Positions 27,888 through 37,715 of a stretch of DNA of 64,000 bases are shown here, in pieces; position 1 is the stretch's first letter, and each line of letters begins with the position of its first letter. Made by a program: the position numbers and the translations under genes. This DNA comes from Desulfatiglandales bacterium (GTDB lineage Bacteria; Desulfobacterota; DSM-4660; Desulfatiglandales; HGW-15): positions 2,688,001 through 2,752,000 of the forward strand of contig CAXXJJ010000001.1 in the NCBI GenBank assembly GCA_963667015.2, read 5' to 3'. The notes beneath the pieces were generated by a model, which was given only the letters and a program-made list of their open reading frames with translations, was not told where the DNA came from and did no database searches.

Positions 27888-28810
27888 AAGTCTCAACCCT
27901 GCGCTGGATAATACTTATTTTATGTTTTGTTATACTGACCTTCGGGGGATATATCGGGATTAACCTTGGAGAATTTCTACCTACATTTTCATGTTTCTTC
28001 ATTGGGTACGGTCAGGGGGGTGTCTGTTTTTTATATCCTCTTCAGGCAGCCCTTGAAAGCGGAGAGCTGTATCAATATCAGTCAATTGCGTTAAGCATCC
28101 TGTTTTTCTCGATACTCATAGTAATACTGGGAAGAACATGGTGCGGGTGGATCTGCCCCTTTGGTTTTGTTCAGGATGTTCTTGACTGGATCAGAAAAAA
28201 AATGGGTTTCGGTTATATCAGATTTCCAAAAAAACTCAGGGAGCAGCTTGTATCTATTAAATGGATATTCCTGTTTCTTGTCCTGCTGCTTCCCCTCTGG
28301 ATTGCCTTTCCTTTTTTTGCATCGGATGTAGCAAGAGAAATGAGAACACCATTTTGTGACTGGTGCCCTGCACGGTATATAATGCCTGTTATTGCAGGTG
28401 ATCCCATCAGGATGGGTATTAATTTTGAGACCGCCACTTCTATAACTATGACGGTTACAGGTGCTGTTATTTCAGCTCTTACAATATTCGGGACATTAAT
28501 GAAACGGCGATTTTTCTGTGCTTATTGTCCCATGGTCCTGCTTATTTCCTTTTACAGGAAGATTTCTTTTTTCAAACTTAAAAAAGATATTAATCGATGC
28601 ACAAGGTGCGAAATCTGTTACAACGTCTGTCCTATGGAGATTGAACAGGTATACCTGGAAAGGGAAAAGGAGGATGTGACCTTTAAGGAATGCATCATGT
28701 GTCTTAGATGTATTGAATATTGTCCTGAAGACGCGGCTCTTAAGGGGGTTTTTATGGGTAAACCATTTTTTACCTCCAGCAGGAGCGGCTTTATTAAACG
28801 ACAAAAATAA
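27884..28810 (+). CDS. Membrane-bound polyferredoxin (NapH/MauN/RdxA-like)
   Basis: GRTWCGWICPFG, FCDWCP, RFFCAYCP, two CxxCxxCxxxCP. Confidence 0.88.
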   Translation: MKVSTLRWIILILCFVILTFGGYIGINLGEFLPTFSCFFIGYGQGGVCFLYPLQAALESGELYQYQSIALSILFFSILIVILGRTWCGWICPFGFVQDVLDWIRKKMGFGYIRFPKKLREQLVSIKWIFLFLVLLLPLWIAFPFFASDVAREMRTPFCDWCPARYIMPVIAGDPIRMGINFETATSITMTVTGAVISALTIFGTLMKRRFFCAYCPMVLLISFYRKISFFKLKKDINRCTRCEICYNVCPMEIEQVYLEREKEDVTFKECIMCLRCIEYCPEDAALKGVFMGKPFFTSSRSGFIKRQK

Positions 28811-28824
28811 AACTGAATATAATA

Positions 28825-30111
28825 ATGAATAATAAACAGATCCAAATATTAATGAAAAAGACAGCCCGGTCTGCGGAAAGTGTGCTTAAATCCATTGAAG
28901 CAAGCAGTACAATGCCTTCATCAATGGGGTATTTTAATAACCTCATGCGAAAGGTTTTTTGTAAAAAGGAAGGACAGGAGTCACCTGACAGTTTTTCAGG
29001 AGATAATTCAAAGCCCATGGTTGGGATTTACTGCATGATGGTTCCTGAAGAACTGATTTATGCCGCCGGAGCAATACCTGTACGTCTTTCGGGGGGAACC
29101 TATGAGGGGGCTGCTATTGGTGATGAGATGGTCCCCAGGGATACATGCCCGATTGTAAAATCCTCTATAGGCTGCACTACGACGGGGGTACCTTCAGTTT
29201 ATGAGTCCTGTGATGTGATAATTGTTCCAACCACATGCGATTCAAAAAGAAAGATGGCTGAAGAGCTCTCTGAATATAAAACAGTGTGGACAATGGAAGT
29301 TCCTCACGTTAAGGATGATGAAAATCAACGCAGAATCTGGTTTGAACACATCATGGCATTAAAAAACAATCTTGAAAAACTGACAGGCAACCGAATTACA
29401 GGAAGATCCCTGAAAAAGGCAATCAGAATTATGGCCGGGGCCCAGGAACAGGCAAGAAGGCTTTATGATATCAGGATGAATAACCTGCCTGTGGTTTACG
29501 GAAGAGAAGCAGCGCTTGCCCTTAACGCGTTTGCATTTGACGATGCTCAATATTGGACAATTGCAATGACAAGGCTTAATGATGAATTATCCGCAAGGCT
29601 AGATAATGGCAACTCTATATGTTCAGAGAAAACACCCAGGATAATGCTCGCATCATGTCCTCCTGTATTTCCCAACTGGAAGCTGCCCATGCTTATTGAG
29701 GAGATGGGTGCAATTATTGCCGTGGATGAATCATGCCTTGGTGACAGGTATCTATACGACCCGGTCGGCATAAGTGAGACAACAATGCGAGAAATGCTTG
29801 CAGCCCTTGCATCACGCTATATAATGCCGTGTGTGTGCCCATCATTTTCTCCAAATGATGACAGACTGTATAAACTTGAAGAAGCTGTAAAGGCATTTAA
29901 TATTGAAGGAATCGTATACCATGTATTAAAGGGATGTATAATATATGATTTTGAACTCTCCAGGGTTGAAAAACTCATGAAAAAATTCGGAATTCCTGTT
30001 TTAAGGGTCGAAACAGATTATAATCCCGAAGATATTGAACAGCTGAGAACAAGAATCGAGGCATTTATTGAAGTTCTCAAAGAAAAAAGTAAAGGAGATA
30101 GCCGGAAGTGA
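28825..30111 (+). CDS. 2-hydroxyacyl-CoA dehydratase family, double-cubane cluster protein (DCCP)-like
   Basis: GIYCMMVPEELI, DTCPIVKSS, TTCDSKRK, DESCLG, CVCPSFSPN, LKGCIIY, ETDY..QLRTRIEAF. Confidence 0.85.
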   Translation: MNNKQIQILMKKTARSAESVLKSIEASSTMPSSMGYFNNLMRKVFCKKEGQESPDSFSGDNSKPMVGIYCMMVPEELIYAAGAIPVRLSGGTYEGAAIGDEMVPRDTCPIVKSSIGCTTTGVPSVYESCDVIIVPTTCDSKRKMAEELSEYKTVWTMEVPHVKDDENQRRIWFEHIMALKNNLEKLTGNRITGRSLKKAIRIMAGAQEQARRLYDIRMNNLPVVYGREAALALNAFAFDDAQYWTIAMTRLNDELSARLDNGNSICSEKTPRIMLASCPPVFPNWKLPMLIEEMGAIIAVDESCLGDRYLYDPVGISETTMREMLAALASRYIMPCVCPSFSPNDDRLYKLEEAVKAFNIEGIVYHVLKGCIIYDFELSRVEKLMKKFGIPVLRVETDYNPEDIEQLRTRIEAFIEVLKEKSKGDSRK

Positions 30112-30899
30112 AATATTTTGCTGGTATTGATTCAGGATCAACATATATAAAAATGGCAGTTCTTGATCAGGATAAAAACATGGTGACGCACCGGATTGCG
30201 CCAACAGGTATAAACGGTAAAAAGACTGTAAATGAACTAAGAGAATCAATATGTTCGGAGCTGGCTATTACCCCTTCAGATATCGAAAGGAGTGTAGCTA
30301 CAGGATACGGGCGAAGAATGGTCGATGATGTTTCTGATAATGTGACTGAAATAAAGGCCCATGCAGCGGGAGCAAAATGGAATGGAACCGGTAATTATAA
30401 TATCAGGACAGTCATAGATATAGGAGGTCAGGACTGCAAGGTGATTAACCTTGACGAATCGGGCGGTATTGAAAATTTTGCCATGAACGATAAATGTGCT
30501 GCCGGTACAGGAAGGTTTCTTGAGGCTCTGGCCCGTGTGCTTGAAATGAAGGTGAGTGACCTTGGGCCTTTATCACTTGAATCAGATAATCCATGTGCTA
30601 TTAACAGCACATGCGTTGTATTTGCCGAATCAGAGGTTATTTCGCTTCTCGCACGGGGCGAGGATATAAAAGACATTATAGCCGGAATCCACACATCTAT
30701 GGCAGGCCGTATAATCCGTATGGCAGGCAAGGGCAGTGTTGAGCCTGCAATACTTCTCACAGGGGGTGGCGGAATGAATCCCGGACTAAAATCAGCATTT
30801 GAAGAGGAGCTTATGCAGGATGTTTATGTGTCATCCTTTCCTCAGTTAAACGGTGCTGTAGGTGCGGCAGTAATAGCAATGAAAGATAATGGATTTTAG
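30108..30899 (+). CDS. ATP-dependent [4Fe-4S] activator (HgdC/DCCP-reductase family), GTG start
   Basis: GIDSGST, TGYGR, DIGGQDCK, MNDKCAAGTGRFLE, STCVVFAESEVIS. Confidence 0.92.
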   Translation: MKYFAGIDSGSTYIKMAVLDQDKNMVTHRIAPTGINGKKTVNELRESICSELAITPSDIERSVATGYGRRMVDDVSDNVTEIKAHAAGAKWNGTGNYNIRTVIDIGGQDCKVINLDESGGIENFAMNDKCAAGTGRFLEALARVLEMKVSDLGPLSLESDNPCAINSTCVVFAESEVISLLARGEDIKDIIAGIHTSMAGRIIRMAGKGSVEPAILLTGGGGMNPGLKSAFEEELMQDVYVSSFPQLNGAVGAAVIAMKDNGF

Positions 30900-31557
30900 C
30901 AATACCCTGCAGAGTACACCATTTCTGGCAGCATTGATTACCGGCCTTTTTACCGGTTCAACCTACTGCCTGGCAGGGTGTGCTCCTTTTATTTCAACAT
31001 ATATAATGGGAACTTCAAACGGGACCGGAGACGGCCTGAGGTCGTATATTCTCTTTACAACCGGCAGGATAATAACATATGGTGTCATTGGAATACTGAC
31101 AGGATACATGGGCAGAATATTAGACATGAAAGGTCCCGGACTGCCTTTTTTATCCGGGTTTTTTTTTATAATATCAGGCCTTATTCTGTGCCTGAGGGAC
31201 AGTCAGGGATCAAAGGTATGCAGTGCAAAATTTAATAAATTTTGTAAAGGCTTCTCATATCGCGGTTCAATACACCTGTTTTTGGCAGGAATAATATTAT
31301 CCATTGTCCCGTGTCCGCCCTTGATAGCAGTCATGACAGGCAGCCTGCAATATCATTCAGTATTAAAGGGGAGTATTGTAATGCTCCTGTTCGGCCTGGG
31401 TACAATGCTTTCACCACTTGTTCTCATAGCCGGAGCAGCCGGTTTTATATCGAAAAAGATAAAAGAATCCGCACCAAGGAATAACCTGTTTTTTCAGAGG
31501 ATCGCCGGAGTAATAATAATGATAATGGGCGGATTTATGATAATTTCAATGTATTAA
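30889..31557 (+). CDS. DsbD_2/CcdA-like transmembrane thiol-redox protein
   Basis: GSTYCLAGCAP, GRIITY, IVPCPPL, FGLGT. Confidence 0.75.
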   Translation: MDFSNTLQSTPFLAALITGLFTGSTYCLAGCAPFISTYIMGTSNGTGDGLRSYILFTTGRIITYGVIGILTGYMGRILDMKGPGLPFLSGFFFIISGLILCLRDSQGSKVCSAKFNKFCKGFSYRGSIHLFLAGIILSIVPCPPLIAVMTGSLQYHSVLKGSIVMLLFGLGTMLSPLVLIAGAAGFISKKIKESAPRNNLFFQRIAGVIIMIMGGFMIISMY

Positions 31558-31571
31558 CAGATGGACTGATA

Positions 31572-32933
31572 ATGGAAAAAGATGATCAATTAAAAAGAAG
31601 TATCGGCCTGGGAACTGCGATTATACTGGTTATCGCCAACATGATCGGTACCGGTGTGTTTACCACATCGGGCTTTATTATGAACTCACTTTCCAACCCG
31701 GCCTCTATGCTGATCTGCTGGTTTATTGGTGGCATACTTGCCCTTTCGGGTGCTCTCTGCTACGGCGAACTGGGGGCTATTTTCCCTAAGGCCGGCGGTG
31801 AATATGTATTTTTAAGAGAGAGTATCGGAAAGCCATTTGGTTTTCTTTCGGGCTGGGTTTCATTGATAGTAGGTTTTTCGGCTCCAATAGCCGCTGCATC
31901 AATTGCATTTTCCGCCTACCTGTATAAAAGCATGGCTTTCGAATCTGCAGGAAAAGAGCTGTTAAACACCGGAGGAATTATTACAATATCCCCGGTTACT
32001 GTAACCGGGATTTCTGTTATTGTCCTGTTTTCTCTTATCCACTGGTACAGCCTGAACTTTGGAAGCAGGGTTCAGAATCTTCTGACATCCTTTAAAATAC
32101 TGGTGATACTTGCCTTTATCGTGCTTGGTTTATCCGCAGGCAATGGAAGTGTTGATAATTTTATATCAGGACCTATCCATTCCTCATTGTTTACAGGTGA
32201 ATTTGCCACTTCCCTTATCTATATCTCATTTGCCTACAGCGGCTGGAATGCATCTGCCTATATCGGTTCGGAAATAAAAAATCCCTCCCGGAATATACCT
32301 CTATCTCTTTTCTGGGGTACTCTGGCTGTTATGATTCTATACCTGCTCCTTAATATAGTTTTTGTCTATGCGCTTCCTGTATCAGGGATGAGCAGTGCGG
32401 GTGAAGAGGTTGGGGCAGCGGCTGCCATAAGTCTTTTCGGCGCAAAGACAGGACGTATTTTTTCAACCGCCATCACCATATGCCTTTTATCGGTTATAAG
32501 TGCAATGATTATGACTGGACCCAGGGTATATTATGCAATGGCAAGGGATCGTGCCTTTCCACGCTGGTTTGGTGATGTGAATGTCCGACATACTACACCT
32601 GGAAAGGCTATTTTTCTACAGGCTGTTATTGCAATACTAATGGTAATAACATCTTCATTTGACAGGCTTCTGATGTATATAGGGTTCACTCTTTCACTGT
32701 TTGCCATGCTTACTGTGATCGGCCTGATTATTCTGCGCCTGAAAAGTCCCGGGCTTGAACGTCCCTATCGTACATTCGGTTATCCGGTAACACCGGTGCT
32801 GTTTATTTTGAGCAACCTGTGGATAATTGTTAACACCGTTGTGGGAAATCCTTTTGTTCTGCTCTATGGAGGCGGGACGATTGTTGCAGGGATTTTGATT
32901 TATTTGTATTATAGCCTTAAACCTGCAAAGTAG
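31572..32933 (+). CDS. APC-family amino acid permease
   Basis: ANMIGTGVF, YGELG..PKAGGEY, FAYSGWN, PRVYYAMARD, RPYRTFGYP. Confidence 0.92.
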   Translation: MEKDDQLKRSIGLGTAIILVIANMIGTGVFTTSGFIMNSLSNPASMLICWFIGGILALSGALCYGELGAIFPKAGGEYVFLRESIGKPFGFLSGWVSLIVGFSAPIAAASIAFSAYLYKSMAFESAGKELLNTGGIITISPVTVTGISVIVLFSLIHWYSLNFGSRVQNLLTSFKILVILAFIVLGLSAGNGSVDNFISGPIHSSLFTGEFATSLIYISFAYSGWNASAYIGSEIKNPSRNIPLSLFWGTLAVMILYLLLNIVFVYALPVSGMSSAGEEVGAAAAISLFGAKTGRIFSTAITICLLSVISAMIMTGPRVYYAMARDRAFPRWFGDVNVRHTTPGKAIFLQAVIAILMVITSSFDRLLMYIGFTLSLFAMLTVIGLIILRLKSPGLERPYRTFGYPVTPVLFILSNLWIIVNTVVGNPFVLLYGGGTIVAGILIYLYYSLKPAK

Positions 32934-32970
32934 GTTTATTTGCAGTTTATATCCTGAATACGTGCTAAAT

Positions 32971-32988
32971 GGCACGGCGCACCGTGCC
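32971..32988. repeat. REP-like palindrome
   Basis: GGCACGG-CGCA-CCGTGCC, similar to the copies at 12218 and 61844. Confidence 0.55.
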
Positions 32989-33001
32989 CGTAGTCCAGTA
33001 T

Positions 33002-34441
33002 CTAATCTTCCGCCTGTGTGGGAATTACAAACCTTGCCCTGACCCCGCCATCGGGGAGGTTTTCAATACTGACCTTTCCCTTGTGAAGCTCTGCAACCTC
33101 TCTTACAAAGTTAAGACCCAGGCCTGTACTCTTTTTATCGGTATCCGGTCTGTTCAATGAAAAAAATTTGTTGAATATCTTTTCAAGTGCGTAATCAGGT
33201 ATTCCCGGTCCTTCGTCAATAATCTCGATGACAATCATATCTTCACAATTTTCCGCCGAAATATTGATCTGTGAATCCCGGGGGCCGAATTCAATGGCGT
33301 TTTGCAAAAGGTTTGATATGGCCTGATTCAGTAAAAACGAGTCCCCCTTTATGATCAGTTCTTCATCGGGCTTAAAGAGAACGCTGATGTTCTTTTTAAG
33401 GAGCATTGGCTGTTTGCTTTCGAGTACTATTTTCAGTATGGAACTTAAGTTTATGTTTTCAACCGCATTAAGTTTACTCCTGCTTTCCAGGCTGGAAAGT
33501 TCAAGCATCCGGTCTATAATATCCTTGATCCTGTTTGCCTCATTTCTTATATTTGCCAGAAAACGCTCCCTTCTTTCCTGCGGCATTTTTTCTTCAAGGA
33601 GTTCTGCTGCTCCTCTTATAGCAGAAACCGGGCTTTTTATTTCATGAGTAAGGGTCTGTACATACTGCTCAACATATTTTTTACCCTCAAGTGCCTCTTT
33701 CATTTTTTCAAAGGCAAAACCCATATCTCCTATCTCTGTTCGGTCCAGCCTTGGCAAAGAGGCCCTTTTACCCTGCCTTATATCTTCTGCGTAGAATTTC
33801 AAACGGTTAATGGGTCTTATGATCCACAGTGTAACTAAAAGGCTCAGCACCATTGCAGCAAAGAATGATACAAGGCTTACCTTTAAAAATCTTGGTTGCG
33901 CATTATCAAGAAAGTTATTTATGTTTGTTGTAGGTTTTGCGATGGTCAGTGCTCCTTCGATTCTGCCATCAACCCTGATAGGGGCGGCAACATAGAGTAC
34001 TGCAGATTTACTGTCCGCAGGATCTATTCTGGTAGTCCGGGCGCCGTATCCTCCTGCAAGGGTAAGTTTTACATCTCTCCATTTATTAAAGTCCTTGCCG
34101 ATATTTTCACTTTTATCCGAATCAAAGATAACCTTTCCGTTTTTGTCTGTAATGTAGATACTCATATCCACATTAATTTTATCGAATTGATAAATTCTGG
34201 CAGATATCTTGCGTGATTTGACATCCTCGAAAATTCTTTCCCATCTGGGTGCATCAAATGATCCCTCCTCAAATTCCTTTCCCAGTATGGAGGCGAGTAT
34301 ATTGGCCTGGTCAACCAGGGGATCTTCAACCCCCTCAAGATATCTGACCCTCAGGTTTTCAACAACCCAGTTGATAGGAAAAAAGAAGCAGATAATAAAG
34401 ATGGCAAAATAACATATGAAGATGCGCAGCCCTAATTTCAT
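33002..34441 (-). CDS. creC: Sensor histidine kinase CreC
   Basis: MKLGLRIF, DQANILA, WRDVKLTLAGGYGARTTR, LEGKKYVEQYVQTLTHEIKSP, KSTGLGL. Confidence 0.92.
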   Translation of the reverse strand: MKLGLRIFICYFAIFIICFFFPINWVVENLRVRYLEGVEDPLVDQANILASILGKEFEEGSFDAPRWERIFEDVKSRKISARIYQFDKINVDMSIYITDKNGKVIFDSDKSENIGKDFNKWRDVKLTLAGGYGARTTRIDPADSKSAVLYVAAPIRVDGRIEGALTIAKPTTNINNFLDNAQPRFLKVSLVSFFAAMVLSLLVTLWIIRPINRLKFYAEDIRQGKRASLPRLDRTEIGDMGFAFEKMKEALEGKKYVEQYVQTLTHEIKSPVSAIRGAAELLEEKMPQERRERFLANIRNEANRIKDIIDRMLELSSLESRSKLNAVENINLSSILKIVLESKQPMLLKKNISVLFKPDEELIIKGDSFLLNQAISNLLQNAIEFGPRDSQINISAENCEDMIVIEIIDEGPGIPDYALEKIFNKFFSLNRPDTDKKSTGLGLNFVREVAELHKGKVSIENLPDGGVRARFVIPTQAED

Positions 34442-35121
34442 AGATCCTCTCTCAGTGAATACCCTATGCCGCGATGGGTTATAATAGGGTCTGAGTCCGG
34501 CTCAATACTTCTCAATTTTGCACGGATATTTTTAATATGGGCATCTACTGTTCTGTCAAGACTTGCCTCGGGTTCTTCCCATGCCATATCCATGAGCTTG
34601 TCCCTTGAAAATACATGGCCGGGCCTGTTTATAAATGTCTTCAGGATATTGAATTCGTAGCGGGACAGTTCGAGAGGTTTGCCAAGGTAGGTAATCCGCC
34701 TTCTTGATTCATCAACAATAAACACACTGCTGTTCTCTGGCGGGTTTTCCCTGACCGTGCCTGTTCTTCTTAAGACAGCCTTGATCCTGGCAGTAAGTTC
34801 TCTTGGGCTGAATGGTTTTGTAACATAGTCATCAGCCCCGATCTCAAGCCCAACTATCCTGTCCACTTCGTCTGCCCTTGCAGTAAGGAAGATGATAGGA
34901 GTATTGGTCTTTTTTCTAATATCTTTACACAGTTCAAAACCGTTTATATCGGGAAGGCCTACATCAAGAACTATAAGGTCTACCCCTTCCTTATCAAGGT
35001 ATTCAAGCGCCTTGATCCCTTCTGAAAAGCATATTGCATCAAAGCCGTCTGTTTCAAGCGCATACTGGATATTATCGGCAATGGAAGGTTCATCCTCAAC
35101 TATAAGAATCCTGGGTTTCAT
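34438..35121 (-). CDS. creB: Response regulator CreB (OmpR family)
   Basis: ILIVEDEPSIAD, LDVGLPD, DRTVDAHIKNIRAKL, THRGIGY; ATG at 35121 follows GGAGA. Confidence 0.9.
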   Translation of the reverse strand: MKPRILIVEDEPSIADNIQYALETDGFDAICFSEGIKALEYLDKEGVDLIVLDVGLPDINGFELCKDIRKKTNTPIIFLTARADEVDRIVGLEIGADDYVTKPFSPRELTARIKAVLRRTGTVRENPPENSSVFIVDESRRRITYLGKPLELSRYEFNILKTFINRPGHVFSRDKLMDMAWEEPEASLDRTVDAHIKNIRAKLRSIEPDSDPIITHRGIGYSLREDL

Positions 35122-35198
35122 GGCATCTCCCACATGTTATAATTTAGAATAATACATTAGAATAGATATAAGTAAATCAGCGTCTTCACTATTTATAT

Positions 35199-35288
35199 GC
35201 ATAGCGCAAAGCGCAGAGAGCAAAGGGTAAAACTGTCCTTCACAGGTTTTCAGGTTTTTCGCCATGCTCTCTGCGCTATGCTCCATGC
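35199..35288. repeat. Heptamer tandem/inverted repeat
   Basis: ATAGCGC AAAGCGC AGAGAGC ... CCATGCT CTCTGCG CTATGCT CCATGC. Confidence 0.65.
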
Positions 35289-35297
35289 ATATATTAC

Positions 35298-36047
35298 TCA
35301 CTTTACCCTAACCGAGACATAATGACAACAGGCCTTTAACAGAAAAAACAATGTAAAAACAATGGCGCAGCCGGACAGTACAATCAATGCAAAACCGATA
35401 AAATCACTGTTCTGAGGAATGCCTCCATGGTTCAGCACTGGTACCACCAGGGTAAAAGATAAATAAAAAGAGAGAGGCAAAAGAAATCGACCTAAAGGAA
35501 TGAAGGGCTTTTTAGATGTTTCCTTATGGTCAGAGTCCATAATTCTGTTCAGCAGGCTGTTATATATAAGTAGAAAAATAAAATAGACAAGTACTCCTTC
35601 AAACAGGTGAACCGTTTCTCTGGTGAACCAGGTTTCAAGCAGTTTAGTCTTAATACTGTATATGGAAAGATTGATTCGGAAGATGTTAACAAACAATGTA
35701 TAGGCATAGGCACTTACCAGACTGACAAAAACCCACAGGTTCTGCATGGATGCAGATTTTATATTTTTCAGGCCGATATATACAGAAAGGCAAAATGCAA
35801 TAATCATGAAATTAACACCTGAACATGATGGTGCGATTATTATGCCGTTTTCATTATTAACATATCCGGTATCTGTTTCTCTTTCAAAATCCATGTCTCC
35901 TGTCATCTCCACGAGATATGCAGTAGGTGCCAGTATCCAGACCAGGTCATCACTGGAGCTGTGGCTGTAGTGATATTTCAGCCCCCATGCAATAACAAGA
36001 CATATGACCGCCATTATTATCCTGTTCAATCTGAGTTTGTTAAACAT
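35298..36047 (-). CDS. xrtK: Exosortase K-like transpeptidase
   Basis: LKYHYS..DDLVWILAPT, IAPSCSGVNF (Cys), NIFRI (Arg), VHLFEG (His). Confidence 0.8.
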   Translation of the reverse strand: MFNKLRLNRIIMAVICLVIAWGLKYHYSHSSSDDLVWILAPTAYLVEMTGDMDFERETDTGYVNNENGIIIAPSCSGVNFMIIAFCLSVYIGLKNIKSASMQNLWVFVSLVSAYAYTLFVNIFRINLSIYSIKTKLLETWFTRETVHLFEGVLVYFIFLLIYNSLLNRIMDSDHKETSKKPFIPLGRFLLPLSFYLSFTLVVPVLNHGGIPQNSDFIGFALIVLSGCAIVFTLFFLLKACCHYVSVRVK

Positions 36048-36103
36048 TTCTGCCCCCTAAACGTAAGGACTTAATAAACTTTTAAAATATTCACCACATC
36101 CCC

Positions 36104-36132
36104 GTAGAGACAGGTTTGAAACCTGTCTCTAC
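36104..36132. repeat. GTAG-type REP-like palindrome
   Basis: GTAGAGACAGGTT-TGA-AACCTGTCTCTAC perfect stem. Confidence 0.7.
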
Positions 36133-36143
36133 CCCGACAATGG

Positions 36144-37550
36144 TTAGCCGCGACGGCATCGAGAGATGACCTTAACTGATCTTCTGCGAACACTTCCTCC
36201 GGCCACTATTGAAGTAAAGATAATCAGAAGGATATAAAAATCCGGTTCAGGAACCTTTGCAATCCTTACTGGTTCAGGTTTCGGTTCTTCCTCCGGCAAA
36301 GGTAATGCCTGTGCAACAATTTCTTCTTCAGGAGTTATTGCTTTTCTGACCGTATTATTAAAGGCAATAAATGATGTATTCTTTGTAAGGACATTGTGTT
36401 TAATCCCCAGGTCAGTTATTTCTGAATCTATACTCCCATTTTCATCAACAGAGTTAAGTCCGGAAAGGCGCTCGATCCTTTTTCCTGCCCAGAGGCGCTC
36501 CAGCGACCCCTTTGATTTTCGGCTGTTATGTTTTACAAAACGATATGCCTTTGAATAATCACGGCCAAATCTTTTTCCCTCCACTTTGATAATGCCGTCA
36601 GCCTCTCCTTCCCATTTTCCAAGCAGCGCGACGGGCCTGCTGGTAGACGGATCAGGAATGTTTGAAGGCTCAAGGTCATAAGTCTTAAGATCTGTAAATT
36701 TTACAGAGACATCCTTTAAACCGGGAGAACCGACATACTCGTTAAAGAGCAGGTATTTTTCATCTCCTCCACCGGATAAAATCAACCCTGACGGCATCTT
36801 CTGTTCTGCAAGACGGTAGTTCAGGATATAATCCCGGGTACTCCCAATTTTGCCCTGGTCATTGAGAATTACCTTTGCAGTTGAATCTGTTTCTGCAATG
36901 ATATCAATATCATGTGTGTTGCACATCAACTCCTGGATGGGGGCACCTGCGGATATGCTCACAGTAATATTAAAATCGGTTTCCGATGATTCCTTATCTC
37001 CGGAATCTAAAACAGCCGGGTATACAAATTGATATTTCATATTATCCGGTATAAGGAGCTTGGTGTAGCTGAGTCCTATATCAACAGTTTCTCCCGGCAT
37101 TATGTTTGTCAGATTCATGGTAAACCGGTTTTGCCTGTCCTGCTCAAGCAAAAGTGCATTTTTGCCTTCTTCTTTAAAGCGGTTAAATTCTTCAAGGGCT
37201 GTTTTTTGTTCCATTACCTTTGCTGTAGCAGTCTCTTCATTTGTTTTCATTTCCATTCCATGTACCATAACCCTCTCCGGTACAGGAAATGAATGCCGGC
37301 CATTTATTATCCGGTCGCTGTTATTTTTGTATTGTTGTCTTACAGTAACCTCCGCAATTGATCCGTTAATGTTGACGTTGACGTCGGTGCCCTTGAGCTG
37401 CATCCGATCGGCTGCCGGTTCATTGTTCGTTGTTGAGATACAGGATAAAAGTGAGTGAAAATCCGGTGTTTCATCAAATGCAAAGATCTTAACATCAATG
37501 AAACATAAAAATAGTAAAATACAATAGGTTAACAGTCTGCGTTTCATCAT
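36144..37550 (-). CDS. VIT-domain protein with PEP-CTERM-like sorting signal; vWA domain apparently absent
   Basis: Signal peptide, VIT (IAEVTVRQQYKN..FP), LWA..RI..L, LTKNTSFIA, C-terminal VPEP-TM-RRR. Confidence 0.85.
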   Translation of the reverse strand: MMKRRLLTYCILLFLCFIDVKIFAFDETPDFHSLLSCISTTNNEPAADRMQLKGTDVNVNINGSIAEVTVRQQYKNNSDRIINGRHSFPVPERVMVHGMEMKTNEETATAKVMEQKTALEEFNRFKEEGKNALLLEQDRQNRFTMNLTNIMPGETVDIGLSYTKLLIPDNMKYQFVYPAVLDSGDKESSETDFNITVSISAGAPIQELMCNTHDIDIIAETDSTAKVILNDQGKIGSTRDYILNYRLAEQKMPSGLILSGGGDEKYLLFNEYVGSPGLKDVSVKFTDLKTYDLEPSNIPDPSTSRPVALLGKWEGEADGIIKVEGKRFGRDYSKAYRFVKHNSRKSKGSLERLWAGKRIERLSGLNSVDENGSIDSEITDLGIKHNVLTKNTSFIAFNNTVRKAITPEEEIVAQALPLPEEEPKPEPVRIAKVPEPDFYILLIIFTSIVAGGSVRRRSVKVISRCRRG

Positions 37551-37617
37551 TTTGGCACCTCCTCGTTAAATGTTAAAGGATATTGTTTAGCGTTGATATG
37601 AAGTCTAATGCCCTCAT

Positions 37618-37655
37618 GTGAAATGATTAAGAAGTTAAAATGAAAAATGTGTGAA
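37618..37655 (-). promoter_or_regulatory. cre-tag-like direct-repeat array (candidate CreB site)
   Basis: Minus strand TTCAC-N6-TTCAT-N6-TTCTT-N6-TTCAC with 11-bp period, upstream of the VIT gene. Confidence 0.65.
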
Positions 37656-37715
37656 TAAAAACACGTTCTAAGGTTTACGGTTTAAGATGTGAGACTGAGG
37701 TTTGTTTTTGAGATT

